Of a stretch of 56,249 bases of DNA, positions 44,175-54,923 are shown in pieces. Both the position numbers and the translations under genes were made by a program. The first letter of the stretch is position 1; each line of letters begins with the position of its first letter. The stretch covers positions 1-56,249 of IMG/VR virus record IMGVR_UViG_3300031857_000228; one strand, 5' to 3'. Source of the DNA: a virus. Taxonomy: Duplodnaviria > Caudoviricetes. Below the pieces are notes generated by a model that was not told where the DNA came from, ran no database searches, and was given only the letters and a program-made list of their open reading frames with translations.

Positions 44175-44210
44175 GGCGAAGTCGAACACCCAAACTTCAA
44201 GGAGATTCCC

Positions 44211-44705
44211 ATGTCCTTCGCGAACAATCAGGTCTTCGGCAACGACGTCACCGTCGTCGATTCCACCCAGGTCTATCCCCTCGGCACCGAGCGCCTCGTG
44301 CTCGGTTCCCAGACCGGCAGTAGCATCGGCGACCAGCTCTGGCGCTACGTCAAGAACGACGAAGCCGCCAGCGCCTTCGCCATCGGCAACCCCGTCATCC
44401 AGAAGACGGTCACGGCCAGCGCGGGCACCGCGGTGATCTCGACCGGCGCCTCCATCCCGCGCCTGCGCGTGCTGGGCGTCGCGCAGCACGCCATCGCGGC
44501 CCAGTCCTACGGCTGGGTTCTCGCCCGCGGCCGTGGCACCGTCCTCGCCACCGGCGCGGGCGTGGCCGCCGACAGCGGCTTCGCCACCGACGCGGCGGCC
44601 GGCACGGTCGTCGCCGTCGCGTCCACCGCCGCCACCATCATCGGCGTGACGGACGTCGCCATCGGCGCCGGTGCCACGGGCACTGCGTACATCGACTGCC
44701 GCTGA
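44211..44705 (+). CDS. Capsid decoration/cement protein
   Basis: Follows the MCP; AAGGAG RBS; WRYVK, GVAQHAIAAQSYGWV and IIGV; A/G/T/V-rich. Confidence 0.65.
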   Translation: MSFANNQVFGNDVTVVDSTQVYPLGTERLVLGSQTGSSIGDQLWRYVKNDEAASAFAIGNPVIQKTVTASAGTAVISTGASIPRLRVLGVAQHAIAAQSYGWVLARGRGTVLATGAGVAADSGFATDAAAGTVVAVASTAATIIGVTDVAIGAGATGTAYIDCR

Positions 44706-44744
44706 TTCGGTAGCGACCGCGCGTCGCCGGGATAGGAGGCGGGC

Positions 44745-46232
44745 ATGGACACATCTCTCGGCGCGCTCCGCGCCCGCCTCTTCAGCTTCCGCGCGTGGGA
44801 CTCTTCGGGGACCACTCTCGATAACCGGGTCAGGGAGGCGATGAACGCCGCTCTGGACCGGATCTCGGGAGATGTCCCCGAAGCAGTCGTGCCCGACGAC
44901 GAGCATGTCGTTCTCCTGCCGGACGTCGTAGGGACAGACGCCAGCGTTCAGGCGCGCCTCTCTCCGACGTCCGACTCGCGGGTGCTCCAGTTCGTGACGC
45001 CCGCAGGGCTCCCGCTCACGACGGGAGCGCCGTGGCTGCCGGGTGTGTCCGGTATCCTCGACGGGCTCATGCACTTCGAGATCATCGACCAGAACGGACA
45101 GGTGCATCGTCGCCAGTCCCGCGAGTTCTGGACGCAGACGGTCATGGGGTCGCCGGCCTACTTCGTCAGCATCGACCGTCCGTGGGATCCGGCGACCGCG
45201 CCGGGTGTCGTGCTCGACTTCCGTATGCACCAGCCCGAGTTCTTCATCTCGGACGACGTCACGCGCATGCTGGAGCCGGCGCGCATCTTCGACGAGACGC
45301 GACAGCAGATCTGGGCCATCGACACGGGGGGCGCGTACCGCCAAGACCTCGTCGACTACCGCGGCGATGACAAGGGTCGCCCCTTCCGCCTCTGGCGCGG
45401 CCGCCACTTCCAGCTTCCGGCCCCGACGAAGGCCCCCACGATCTCCTCGGACGACAAGTACCCGTGGCTCGGCCCGGAGTGGGAAGGCACCTTCACCTTC
45501 ATCTACACCTACGTCTGGGGTCGCAAGGACGCGGAGTGGCAGTCCGCGCCCGGCGGTATCCGCGACCCGCAGTGGGAGAGCGCGCCTTCGCCGCCCAGCG
45601 CGGTGTTCAACCAGAGCACCGCACCGGGCGAGGGCATCACGATCACCGCGACGAACATCGACGCGATGATGGACTTCGGTACGGCCGGAACGCTTCGCTA
45701 CAGCCACAGCGGGATGCGCATCCGCGTCTACGTCGCGCGCACGGCGGTTCTCTCCGCGACGCCTTACGGGGCCGGATTCGACCGCGTCGAGACGGACGGC
45801 AAGTACTATCTCCTCGGCGAGATGGACCCGACCACGGGCACGTTCCTCTGGCGCGGCGACGCGATCCCCGACTACCAGCGGCAGCTCAAGCACAGCACGG
45901 GCTACTACGCCTACAGCGTCTACCCGCACCAGGACCAGCGCTACGAGCTGGACGTCCGCGTGCAGCGGCTCCCGAAGAAGCTCATCAACGACCAGGACAC
46001 CGTGCCGATTCAGCGGGACGCGGTCTTGGCGTACCTGGAGCTGTCTCTGCACTACATGTGCCTGATGGACGGCGCCGACCAGACCGGCGCGAACCAGCAC
46101 ATCATGCGGTACAACGAGCTGTGCCGGCACTTCCGAAAGCGGTACGCCAATCCTGGCGGAGTCGTGGAGCCGCTGGGCATCACCGGGTATCAGGTCCGGT
46201 ATCGGTACGGGCGCTACCGCGACACGACCTGA
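44745..46232 (+). CDS. Head-tail adaptor/tail tubular-type protein with a large insertion
   Basis: N-terminal LGALRAR...NAALDRI and C-terminal VYPH.D..Y...L..D.D.VPI adaptor-like framing. Confidence 0.55.
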   Translation: MDTSLGALRARLFSFRAWDSSGTTLDNRVREAMNAALDRISGDVPEAVVPDDEHVVLLPDVVGTDASVQARLSPTSDSRVLQFVTPAGLPLTTGAPWLPGVSGILDGLMHFEIIDQNGQVHRRQSREFWTQTVMGSPAYFVSIDRPWDPATAPGVVLDFRMHQPEFFISDDVTRMLEPARIFDETRQQIWAIDTGGAYRQDLVDYRGDDKGRPFRLWRGRHFQLPAPTKAPTISSDDKYPWLGPEWEGTFTFIYTYVWGRKDAEWQSAPGGIRDPQWESAPSPPSAVFNQSTAPGEGITITATNIDAMMDFGTAGTLRYSHSGMRIRVYVARTAVLSATPYGAGFDRVETDGKYYLLGEMDPTTGTFLWRGDAIPDYQRQLKHSTGYYAYSVYPHQDQRYELDVRVQRLPKKLINDQDTVPIQRDAVLAYLELSLHYMCLMDGADQTGANQHIMRYNELCRHFRKRYANPGGVVEPLGITGYQVRYRYGRYRDTT

Positions 46233-46276
46233 TTCCGCGTGTTATACCTACTCGGCAACCCGAGGAGAATCTCATC

Positions 46277-46717
46277 ATGCCGCAGAGTCATTCCTTTCCG
46301 CGCCCCGACCTGGGCGACATCTTCGTCCGTCGCAACCTCAACGGCAACGAGGAGGAGGCGATGATCCTGTCCGTGCAGTACAGCACGAAGGCGGGCGGCC
46401 TCTGGCAGGCGACGATGAACACCAAGAACGGCATCGAGTTCGTGACCGGCGACGCCGAGCACCGGAACGTCCACGACTGGCGCCCCAAGGGCTGGATCTT
46501 CGACGACGTGAACGGCAACTGGTACGCGCCGGCCGAGAAGGCGAAGCTCGACGCGGACCGCGCCAAGGCGGAGGCCGAGAAGGCCACCAAGGTGGCGGCG
46601 GTCGCCGAGAAGGACGAGTACTTCGTCGCGGACGCCGCCGAGGCTCCGAACGCGATCAAGAAGCGTGGTCTGCCGAAGGTCGGGGCGATCCCGACGCTTC
46701 CGACCCCGCAGGTGTAG
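46277..46717 (+). CDS. Hypothetical protein
   Basis: GAGGAG RBS and ATG at 46277 (MPQSHSFPRP...). Confidence 0.75.
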   Translation: MPQSHSFPRPDLGDIFVRRNLNGNEEEAMILSVQYSTKAGGLWQATMNTKNGIEFVTGDAEHRNVHDWRPKGWIFDDVNGNWYAPAEKAKLDADRAKAEAEKATKVAAVAEKDEYFVADAAEAPNAIKKRGLPKVGAIPTLPTPQV

Positions 46718-46720
46718 CGC

Positions 46721-48829
46721 ATGGCGGGCCCCGACAACCAGCAGACCAAGCAGTTCATCATCCCGTTCGGCGAGGCTACGGCCAACTACACGCCGAACGA
46801 GCTGGCCTCGAAGATCATCAACTTCGAGGCCACGGTGGAGGCGACGCTCGCGACGGTCCGGGGCCCGACCCTGTACGAACCTCCGAGGACGGGGCAGGGC
46901 GCTACGGTGTTCGGGGAGATGCACGGCATCTTCCACGCCAACCTCATGGGGGGTACGTCCGACACGCTGCTGGTCCGTGCGGGTCAGTATCTGTACCGGC
47001 ACGCCGGCTGGCAGCGTGGATGGCAGCTTCTGTACTCGGGGCTCACGTCGGACACGCGCCCGAACTACCCCGACCAGTTCCTCGTTCTGAACGACAAGAT
47101 CATCTGGACGAACGGCATCGACTACCCGCTCATCATCGACGGGCACGGATCGACGCATCCGCTCGGCATCTCGCAGATTCCGAGCGCGCCGTCGGTCTAC
47201 GGGCCGCAGTCGGTTCCGGGGAAGAGTTCGTTCTACCCGAACGCGGGCGGCTACTCGTGGTGCGGCGAAATCGGTACGCCGGGCGATGTGCTGAGCGGCG
47301 TGCAAGGCGCGCTGCTCGACGGTGCGTGGTTCTACTACGTCCAGCTCGAAGACATCTACGGCAACCTCTCCGCGCCTTCGCCGCCGTCGAACGCCGCCAT
47401 CGTGAAGACCCAGCAGGCGAACCCGCTCGCACCCGCCACGGGGCTCACAGTCACGGGTTCTGCCGCTACGCTCGCGGACTCTGGCACGCAGACGGGCGCT
47501 GAGATCGACGACCTGACGCGACAGTTCATGGTGCGCCTCACGGGGCAGGGGCCCAGCCATACGGTCGCGGTGAACCTCTACCGCACGCCGGACACGGTGC
47601 GTGGCAGCACGAAGCCTCGACTGCTCGCCCGCCTGTCCGGGCGGGAGCGCATGGTCTTCGGCGACCGTTCTGCGGACAACCACCTCGGCGCAGAGATGGA
47701 GCCGACGGTCGCCATGACCGTGTTTCGCACGATGTGCGCGCACCGCGGCTGCCTCATCATCGCGAACACGCCGTCCGACCCTGGCATCGTTCGCCGCAGC
47801 GCTCCGGGCTTTCCCGGCACGCTGCCGAAGGACGAGTACGTCTACCCGGACACGGGTGGCGCCGAGGTCACGGCCGTCGCCTCGCACGCGGGCTACTTGC
47901 TCGCGTTCACCGAGACGGCGGTCTACGACATCAGCGACTTCGCGGCTCCCGCGCTCCTCGCGCAGGGCATCGGCTGCGTCGCGCCGCGCAGCATCAAGGC
48001 GCTCGCGGACGGCCGCCTCGTGTGGCTCGCGCGAGACGGGTTCTACTCGATGGACCCTGGCCGGCGCATCGCGCGCGTCAGCAACCCCATCCACGCGACG
48101 CTTCGCTCGGACCTCAACACGACGCGGTTCCGCAAGGCCGTCGCGGCGCTCGATCCGCGCAGCCTGGAGTACCGGTGCGCGATTCCGCCCGCGGGGGAGA
48201 CGCGGAACACCCGTGTGATGGTCTTCGACGGCTCGTACTGGCGCCAGATCGAACTCGGCATCTCCATCGCCGACATCTGCCAGACCGACGACTATCGTCA
48301 GTACCTGCTGTTCGCAGGGCGCCGTCCGGCGACCCTCGCGGACCCCCAGCAGCACGCAGTCTTTGTGATGGACCGCGAGACGTCGAACTTCGAGCCGCCG
48401 GCGCGGACCGCCGTGTACCGCAGCGGGTGGATCTACGCGGACGCGACCGGCATGACGCCGGTCCACATTCGTTCGCTCTACCTCGGCATGATCGACGCCT
48501 TCGACGGCACCTTCACCATCCGGTTCTACCGGAACGGCTCCTGGAAGCCTGTCGTCGAGATGACGGACGTTCTCGCCATCGGTGTCGATGACGAGAGCGG
48601 GGTCGTCACCGACATCGCCGGCGCGGCGGTCGTCGGAACGGCAAAGGCGCACGACCCGCGCTTGTTCTGGCGCATGGTTCCTGTCGGGCTGGAGAACGCC
48701 TACGGCTGGGCCTTCGAGATTGAAGTCACCTACCCCACGCGCCTGGAGCTGGCCGCGTTCGCGTTCGACCAGAGCGCGGCCAGCGCGGGCAACCTTCGCG
48801 GCCGCGTGCCGCTCCGGGCGGACCGATGA
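46721..48829 (+). CDS. Tail nozzle/stabilisation protein (P22 gp10 / T7 gp12-like)
   Basis: 702 aa, beta-propeller-like; GIGCVAPRSI...VWLARDGFY segment. Confidence 0.65.
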   Translation: MAGPDNQQTKQFIIPFGEATANYTPNELASKIINFEATVEATLATVRGPTLYEPPRTGQGATVFGEMHGIFHANLMGGTSDTLLVRAGQYLYRHAGWQRGWQLLYSGLTSDTRPNYPDQFLVLNDKIIWTNGIDYPLIIDGHGSTHPLGISQIPSAPSVYGPQSVPGKSSFYPNAGGYSWCGEIGTPGDVLSGVQGALLDGAWFYYVQLEDIYGNLSAPSPPSNAAIVKTQQANPLAPATGLTVTGSAATLADSGTQTGAEIDDLTRQFMVRLTGQGPSHTVAVNLYRTPDTVRGSTKPRLLARLSGRERMVFGDRSADNHLGAEMEPTVAMTVFRTMCAHRGCLIIANTPSDPGIVRRSAPGFPGTLPKDEYVYPDTGGAEVTAVASHAGYLLAFTETAVYDISDFAAPALLAQGIGCVAPRSIKALADGRLVWLARDGFYSMDPGRRIARVSNPIHATLRSDLNTTRFRKAVAALDPRSLEYRCAIPPAGETRNTRVMVFDGSYWRQIELGISIADICQTDDYRQYLLFAGRRPATLADPQQHAVFVMDRETSNFEPPARTAVYRSGWIYADATGMTPVHIRSLYLGMIDAFDGTFTIRFYRNGSWKPVVEMTDVLAIGVDDESGVVTDIAGAAVVGTAKAHDPRLFWRMVPVGLENAYGWAFEIEVTYPTRLELAAFAFDQSAASAGNLRGRVPLRADR

Positions 48830-50535
48830 GCTACCTCTTCCCCAAGCGCGTGCTCCGCGCCGGCGACGTGCTGGACCCGACGGAGCTGACCGAAGACATC
48901 GCCCCTGCGGCGGAGCGGGTGAGCGGGCGGCTCAACGCGCACAACATCAGCGAGACCATCGCGGCGAGCGTCGGGGTCGACGAAGAGGCGTTCTACAAGG
49001 TCGGTGTCTACGACCCGCTCCCCGGCGCCAACGGCGTGGCCGCGGGGTTCCCGTGGCTCGCCTACACGGCGGGAAGTCATGTGGTGCCGGACGGCGGCGG
49101 CGTTGTGACTTCACAGTCGTCCGCGGTCCAGAACAACTTCGAGTGGCAGACGCTGGACAACGCCACCTACGGAACGGTGCGCGTGACGGTCAACACCGGC
49201 ACGTCGGTTCTCTGGGTCAACGCCTACGCCCAGTATCTCTGGTACGGGTTCGACAGGACTATCGGGGTGTACGGCGCCACGTCGTGGTGGTCGTCCATAC
49301 CGACAGCAACGAGCAGCCCCGGCCAGCACAAGAACGGCGCGATGACCCGCCCTTGTGGGCTTCAGTTCGCGATTCGGGTGGATGGAAACATCATCCCCGA
49401 AACCATCACCGGTGTCGACGACACGACCTATCGGGCTTCGATTCCGATCAAGGCGGGGCGGCAGCGCGCGGACACCATTCTCATCGCGCCGGGACCGGCA
49501 GACGCGCGCGGCGAGCAGATCTGCTCTCTCGGGCCGCCTTGCCTTCCCATCCGGGTCGGCGCATGCGTACCCGTCTCTCCCGGTGATCATATCATCGAAC
49601 TGGTGGTTCGTCGAGTACCTTTCGTCTTGTCGAACGCGCGAGGCGACACCGTCGGCGGCACGGTCCAGTATGGCGGGTACGACAACATCTATGTGTTCGC
49701 GCGCCAGCTGAACGTGATTGAGCTGAAGGCGCACCCGGTAGATAGCTCGGTCTCGGTGGATGTCACCGCGCCCAGCTTCGACGAGGAAGAGACGCTCTCG
49801 AACGCTTCGCTCTACACGAACCGCGTTCAGCCGGTCGTCGCGGCCTACAACGATGTCCAGCCGGGAAGCCTCCAGCGCGGCGCGCTGATGAACCGGCATC
49901 TGCCGAGCGCGCTGCTGCGCGCCGCGACGACGGAGCGCAGCTACGGTTCGGGGCCGGTCTTCAACAACTGGTTCCCGGACACAGAGCTTCTCAACACAGT
50001 CACGACGACCGCATACGCCGGCGTTCCTGGCGTGGGGTGGAAGCTGATCGACAACTCCGGGGTCGACCCGATCAGCATCACGAACTTCGACGCGCGCGAC
50101 CAGTGCCGGGTACTCGTGCTGGTGAACTTGCAGGTCCGCAACATCGCCGGCGGCAGCAGGGCTGCTCCGGTCGGCAACACGGAGATTCGCGCTTCCAACA
50201 TCGCGGAGTTCGCGCTGTTCAAGATCATGTGGCAGCTCACTTCCGCGTCTGCGACCGACTGGACCGGGGTCAACGAGAGCATCGGCATGGTCAACAACTT
50301 CGTGTGGTGGCCGAAGACCGCGCCCTCGTCCAGCGCCGACCCCTTCGGGGAGCCGGGCGACCCCGCCTATGGGCTGGAGCACGTCGAGATCCAGCTCATG
50401 GCGCTGCTCGACTTCAACGGGTTCTCGCTGACTCGAACCATCAACATCGGCGTGTTCGGCGGCGTCGCCAACGACGGCTGCACCTATCAGGTGGGCCGCG
50501 GGAACATCATCGCGCTCTCGCTTCGCACGCCGTAG
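48826..50535 (+). CDS. Virion structural protein
   Basis: 569 aa, beta-rich, ATGA overlap within the tail operon. Confidence 0.6.
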   Translation: MSYLFPKRVLRAGDVLDPTELTEDIAPAAERVSGRLNAHNISETIAASVGVDEEAFYKVGVYDPLPGANGVAAGFPWLAYTAGSHVVPDGGGVVTSQSSAVQNNFEWQTLDNATYGTVRVTVNTGTSVLWVNAYAQYLWYGFDRTIGVYGATSWWSSIPTATSSPGQHKNGAMTRPCGLQFAIRVDGNIIPETITGVDDTTYRASIPIKAGRQRADTILIAPGPADARGEQICSLGPPCLPIRVGACVPVSPGDHIIELVVRRVPFVLSNARGDTVGGTVQYGGYDNIYVFARQLNVIELKAHPVDSSVSVDVTAPSFDEEETLSNASLYTNRVQPVVAAYNDVQPGSLQRGALMNRHLPSALLRAATTERSYGSGPVFNNWFPDTELLNTVTTTAYAGVPGVGWKLIDNSGVDPISITNFDARDQCRVLVLVNLQVRNIAGGSRAAPVGNTEIRASNIAEFALFKIMWQLTSASATDWTGVNESIGMVNNFVWWPKTAPSSSADPFGEPGDPAYGLEHVEIQLMALLDFNGFSLTRTINIGVFGGVANDGCTYQVGRGNIIALSLRTP

Positions 50536-50543
50536 GAGGACGC

Positions 50544-51350
50544 ATGGCGACCATCACTCCGACCACGACCTACCCCAACGGTGCGGCCCTCAGCGTCGCC
50601 GGGCACAACGGCAACATCTACTCCACGACCGCGGGGCAGGGCATCCTCTCCGAGCCCAACGGGGGCCTTGTCGTCGCCAACCTGGACGCCGCGTTCGAGG
50701 TGCAGGACGAGCACGTCATGCCCGAGGAGGCCGTGTTCGCCCGGATGAACGGCACGACGATTCCGATGGACGTCTACAACAACGCCTTCGGGCAGCGCGA
50801 GGACGACGAAGATCCAAACTACGTCGCGGTCGGGGGCCTCTGCGAACGTGTGTATGTGCCTTACGACGTTGCGTTCGGCGTCTGGCAGTGGGCGTTCTAC
50901 ATGGCGCCGTGGCGTCCGTTCATCTACCGGCTCGACAACGAGACCGCGGCTATCCCCGACATGGCGCTCCGCGTCTACATCGACGGGGTGGAGCAGCCCG
51001 CGTTTCGTCGGTACATGCCAGTCACCGCCGAAACCGACGCGCTCTTGTTCACGAGCGCAGCCGGTTCTGTCGCCGGCCCGAATCACGAGCAGGTCACCCC
51101 GCTTTGGTTCGACATCTCCAAGCTCGCGACGAACGTGTCGAAGGGCTTCCACGAGCTGACCGTGAAGCTCTGGCTCCCCCGCGTCGTGTTCGACCTCGGC
51201 GAAGAGGAAGAGATGAACCTCGACGCGCCGCTAAGCGTGTTCGCCGCGCTCATCGACGGCTCGACGGCCACGTCTGATGTGGTGAACGCGAGTCTCCACA
51301 CCCGCGTGACGTTCGGCACTCGAAACGTCCGCTTCGTGGCGTTCAAGTAA
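50544..51350 (+). CDS. Virion structural protein
   Basis: AGGAGG RBS and ATG at 50544 (MATITPTTTY...). Confidence 0.65.
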   Translation: MATITPTTTYPNGAALSVAGHNGNIYSTTAGQGILSEPNGGLVVANLDAAFEVQDEHVMPEEAVFARMNGTTIPMDVYNNAFGQREDDEDPNYVAVGGLCERVYVPYDVAFGVWQWAFYMAPWRPFIYRLDNETAAIPDMALRVYIDGVEQPAFRRYMPVTAETDALLFTSAAGSVAGPNHEQVTPLWFDISKLATNVSKGFHELTVKLWLPRVVFDLGEEEEMNLDAPLSVFAALIDGSTATSDVVNASLHTRVTFGTRNVRFVAFK

Positions 51351-51398
51351 CCCGTCGACTGGCGAGGCGCAACAGGATATACTCGCGTTGAGGTTCTG

Positions 51399-52043
51399 AT
51401 GCCCCCACTCGTAACCGGCGGTCTCGTAGGAAAAGCTGCGTTGGCTGGGCTCGAAGCGGTGGGCGGCCCCTTGCTGGCCGAAGCCGGCAAGGCGATTGCG
51501 TCTGCCGTAGACCCGGCGGCGCGCGGATACCAGCGGCAGATCAAGCGCGACATCTCGGCGCTTGAGAGGGGCAAGTTGGGCCTCTCGGAAGCCGAGAAGC
51601 GCTCCATGCTCGCAGGCACGCAGCGGGCGCTTCAGGCGCAGACGGCGGGCCTTGAGGCCAACCTTCGGCGGTCTGCGGCTGCGCAGGGCGGCTTCGGGCG
51701 CTCCGGGGCGCAGCAGCAGGCGCTCGGAACGCTCGCCGCGGGGCAGCGCGAAGCGATGGCCGGCGCCGCTGGAAAGGTCGACGCGCTCTCCCAGGAGGTC
51801 GCGCAGCGCCGGTTCGCGGATGTGATGAACCGCCTCTACCAGCAGCGCGATGAGGCCCGGCAGACGGGCGCGACGCTCGCGGCGGGCGCCGGTGGGGGGC
51901 TGCTCAAGGGCATGGCCGCCTACAATGAGCTGAAAGAGAAAGAGATGGAAAAGCTCATGGGCGAGGTCGAAGCGGACGCGAAGCTGAGAGAAGCCAAGGC
52001 CGCGCAGGGCATGCTCCCCGGCGCCGGCGTGGCCGTAAAGTAG
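51399..52043 (+). CDS. Putative ejection (internal virion) protein
   Basis: G/A/Q-rich helical protein with GGFGRSGAQQ; possible promoter TCGACT-17-TATACT (51355-51383). Confidence 0.6.
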   Translation: MPPLVTGGLVGKAALAGLEAVGGPLLAEAGKAIASAVDPAARGYQRQIKRDISALERGKLGLSEAEKRSMLAGTQRALQAQTAGLEANLRRSAAAQGGFGRSGAQQQALGTLAAGQREAMAGAAGKVDALSQEVAQRRFADVMNRLYQQRDEARQTGATLAAGAGGGLLKGMAAYNELKEKEMEKLMGEVEADAKLREAKAAQGMLPGAGVAVK

Positions 52044-52052
52044 GGAGGAACG

Positions 52053-54923
52053 ATGGCGACCGAAGAATATGTGAATCCTCTCTACGCCTCGTTCCTCGCC
52101 GCCTACGACATCGGCGACGACACGGCGGCTTCCGTCGACCCGGATCTGTTCAAGCAGTACGTCGCGCTTCGCAAGACGGCGCAAGACTACGCCAAGAGCA
52201 TGAATGTCGGACTGCTTCGCCGCGAATCAGACATGCTGAAGGGCGCGCTCGCTGCGGTCAAGGAGTCGCAGAACTACCACGCGGAGCTGGAAGGCATCAA
52301 GAGCAAGGACCGTCAGACGACGACGAAGGCGCTCGTGGACCGTGCGAACAACATCGACACCAACTACACCCGGCTCGCGGGTCAGATGTCGAAGTTCAAC
52401 TCGCAGCTGTTCCTGGACGCGCGGAGCAAGTTCGAGAACTCCAACGGGGATGCAGGCGTCGCGTGGGACACGCTGTTCAACACGCTGAACGCCAAGGGTG
52501 TCCGTGCTGTCGGGAGTGACCCGGAGTCCGTCGGTCTTGCCACCCAGATGGTGAAGATGACGATGAACGCCGGGGACCTCATGTCGGTCACGCCGGAACA
52601 GGTGCGAGACGCCATCGCGCAGAGCGGAAGTCCCGAGCTGGCCGCGCAGGCAGCCCGCTTCGTTCAGGAGGCCCAGCAGAAGAACACCGAGGTCGTCACG
52701 ACGCTCAAGTCGCTCGACGACGCGCGCACGGAGCTTCGCAAGATCTCTGCCTCGGGCGACCTCCGCGACTACACGGAAGAGGAAGCCGAGCGGGCACAGC
52801 GCATCTCGGCTCAGGCCGAGGAGATCATCAAGAACAGCTTCGGCGGGACGCCTGCTGAGCTGAGCCAGCGACTGGAAGATCTGCGCGCCCGCGACACCGA
52901 GTACCAGGGGCTTCTCAAGGACGCGCGGGATGCGTTCGACCTCGCCGTCCAGCCGGGGCAGGAGGGGCTCCGCACGCGCATGGGCCGCATCATCGCGAAC
53001 CCCGACTTCGTCGCCTGGGCGAAGGACAACGGGTTCAAGCGCCTCGGCGAGGCGATGATCGACCAGAACGGCGAGGTCATCTACCGCTCGGGCCTCGACG
53101 ATGCTCAGGCGATGGCCCGCTACGTCTACCAGCTCCGGCACCCGAACCAGCACGGTCCGCTGTTCGGGCGCCGCGGCTCGACGAACGAACTCGTCCGCGT
53201 GACGGCGACGGACCCGGAAGCCCGGCAGAAGATCCTGGAGCAGAACAAGCTCGCCGACGGCCGGTACGCCGTGGATGCGTCGGGCACGCTGCTCTCTCCG
53301 ACGGATTACGAGCAAAGTCGGCGAGAGCGCGGGTTTGCTCCACAAGGGTACGAGTACGCCGGCACGGGCGACGGAGCGCAGTACATCAAGACGCCGGAAG
53401 GTGAGGTGTACTCCGTCTCCACCGAGGGCTATACGAAGGTCGGGACGCCGCCCGCTGGTCTGGTGTTCAAGCCGGCGATTGTCTACGGCGAGAACGACAC
53501 GCCACTGCGCTACATGACGGGGCAGGACTTCGCCGAAGACAACGTAGCCGTTGGATTCCCCGACGCGGACGAAGCGGTGGCGATTACGAAGCGCGACACG
53601 ACGCGCCTTGTGAGCGCCGACGAGATCCAGGGCCTTGGCGAGGTGTCGTTCGTCGGGTTCCGCGACCGGCTCCACGCCAGCCACGCGGAGAAGTATGGTA
53701 CGGGAGCCGTCAGCATCAACGGCGGCCAGAACATCTTCACGCGCGGCGTGACGATCGAGGTGCTGGACGAAGACCGGCCTGATCTCGCGGCCGGCGCGGC
53801 GCGTATGCTGCCCGGCGAGACGAAGCGCCTCGCGTTGGAGTCCTACGCGAAGAAGAAAGAAGAGGGTCTGGAGTACCAGAGACTCACGCCCGAAGAGCTG
53901 CGGAACCTTCCGCCGGTCGAGCGCCCGCCCCCTCCGCCGACGCCCGAGGTCGTCCCGACTGCGTGGGACCGCAACGCCGCAGAGGCGGAGGATCCGCTGG
54001 TCCGCGCGGCGGCGCTGGAGAACGTGGACCTCGGTGGAGTCGCGGGTGTCAGCGCTGCGCTGCGCGCGGGCGAAGCGCCTTCCGCAGCAGTTCCGGCGGC
54101 TGAGCCGGAGAAGGGCGTGGCGTGGGACGATGCTGGGTACAAGTTCTCCGTCGACCCGAAGGCCAAGACGATCACGGTCGTCGGGGCCCCCGAGGGCGTG
54201 TCCTTGGAGGGGAAGAAGACGGAGTTCACCTTCGAGGAAGCAGAGCGGCTCGGCATGGGCCCCAAGCTTCAGTCCACGCCGCCCGCCGGCGCAGCTCCGG
54301 CGGCTCCTACGGCTCCGGCGGCTCCTACGGCTCCGGCGGCTCCTACGGCTTCTACGGGCCCGGTGAGCGTGACGCGGGCGCCGGAGCCGAGGCCCGCACC
54401 CTACACGATGGGGGAGTTCGCGGGTAGTCGCACGGTGGAGTACGACAGCCAGAAGAAGCCCGGCATCTTCGAGCGCATGGCCGCAGAGCGCGCCGCCCGG
54501 CGCGCGGAGAGGGTGCGCGCGGCCGCACCGCAGGTCGAGGACGTGGACGAGGACATCCGCACGGCGGCGCCGCCGTCCGGTACGAAACTGCCCTCGACGC
54601 GCAGCCGTAAGGAAGCCACGAAGCGGCAAGCTGAGATGGCGGCGGCCGTTGAGGGCGCGGAAACCGGGGTTCCTGAGGGCCGCCCCGCGTCGGCCGGTAG
54701 TGTCGCGGAGACGCGCCTCGCGAGCATGTACAGCACGGTGCGGCCGGATGCAGCGCGGTACGAAGCGGATCAGGACGCGCGTGTGAGGGAAGCGAGGATG
54801 AAGGCAGAAGAGGCCTCCACGAAGGCGAAGAGCGGCGCTCCTCTAAGCAACTTTCGCGTCGTCCAGAAGGCCGGAGTCCCGGCAAATCTGCTCAACGGAA
54901 CCACGACCACGGGGAACGCCTGA
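52053..54923 (+). CDS. Large putative ejection/internal virion protein
   Basis: 956 aa with helical N-half and P/A-rich C-terminus; GGAGG RBS. Confidence 0.6.
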   Translation: MATEEYVNPLYASFLAAYDIGDDTAASVDPDLFKQYVALRKTAQDYAKSMNVGLLRRESDMLKGALAAVKESQNYHAELEGIKSKDRQTTTKALVDRANNIDTNYTRLAGQMSKFNSQLFLDARSKFENSNGDAGVAWDTLFNTLNAKGVRAVGSDPESVGLATQMVKMTMNAGDLMSVTPEQVRDAIAQSGSPELAAQAARFVQEAQQKNTEVVTTLKSLDDARTELRKISASGDLRDYTEEEAERAQRISAQAEEIIKNSFGGTPAELSQRLEDLRARDTEYQGLLKDARDAFDLAVQPGQEGLRTRMGRIIANPDFVAWAKDNGFKRLGEAMIDQNGEVIYRSGLDDAQAMARYVYQLRHPNQHGPLFGRRGSTNELVRVTATDPEARQKILEQNKLADGRYAVDASGTLLSPTDYEQSRRERGFAPQGYEYAGTGDGAQYIKTPEGEVYSVSTEGYTKVGTPPAGLVFKPAIVYGENDTPLRYMTGQDFAEDNVAVGFPDADEAVAITKRDTTRLVSADEIQGLGEVSFVGFRDRLHASHAEKYGTGAVSINGGQNIFTRGVTIEVLDEDRPDLAAGAARMLPGETKRLALESYAKKKEEGLEYQRLTPEELRNLPPVERPPPPPTPEVVPTAWDRNAAEAEDPLVRAAALENVDLGGVAGVSAALRAGEAPSAAVPAAEPEKGVAWDDAGYKFSVDPKAKTITVVGAPEGVSLEGKKTEFTFEEAERLGMGPKLQSTPPAGAAPAAPTAPAAPTAPAAPTASTGPVSVTRAPEPRPAPYTMGEFAGSRTVEYDSQKKPGIFERMAAERAARRAERVRAAAPQVEDVDEDIRTAAPPSGTKLPSTRSRKEATKRQAEMAAAVEGAETGVPEGRPASAGSVAETRLASMYSTVRPDAARYEADQDARVREARMKAEEASTKAKSGAPLSNFRVVQKAGVPANLLNGTTTTGNA
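54294..54347 (+). repeat. In-frame 18-bp tandem repeat x3 (APAAPT)
   Basis: GCTCCGGCGGCTCCTACG x3. Confidence 0.9.

Noticed and set aside
43026-48652. Very long antisense ORFs (1034 aa, 812 aa; likewise 20291-22777, 52227-54629, 37981-41387)
   Set aside because: They are shadows of high-GC3 genes on the opposite strand, with R/G/V-rich composition and no motifs or RBS.
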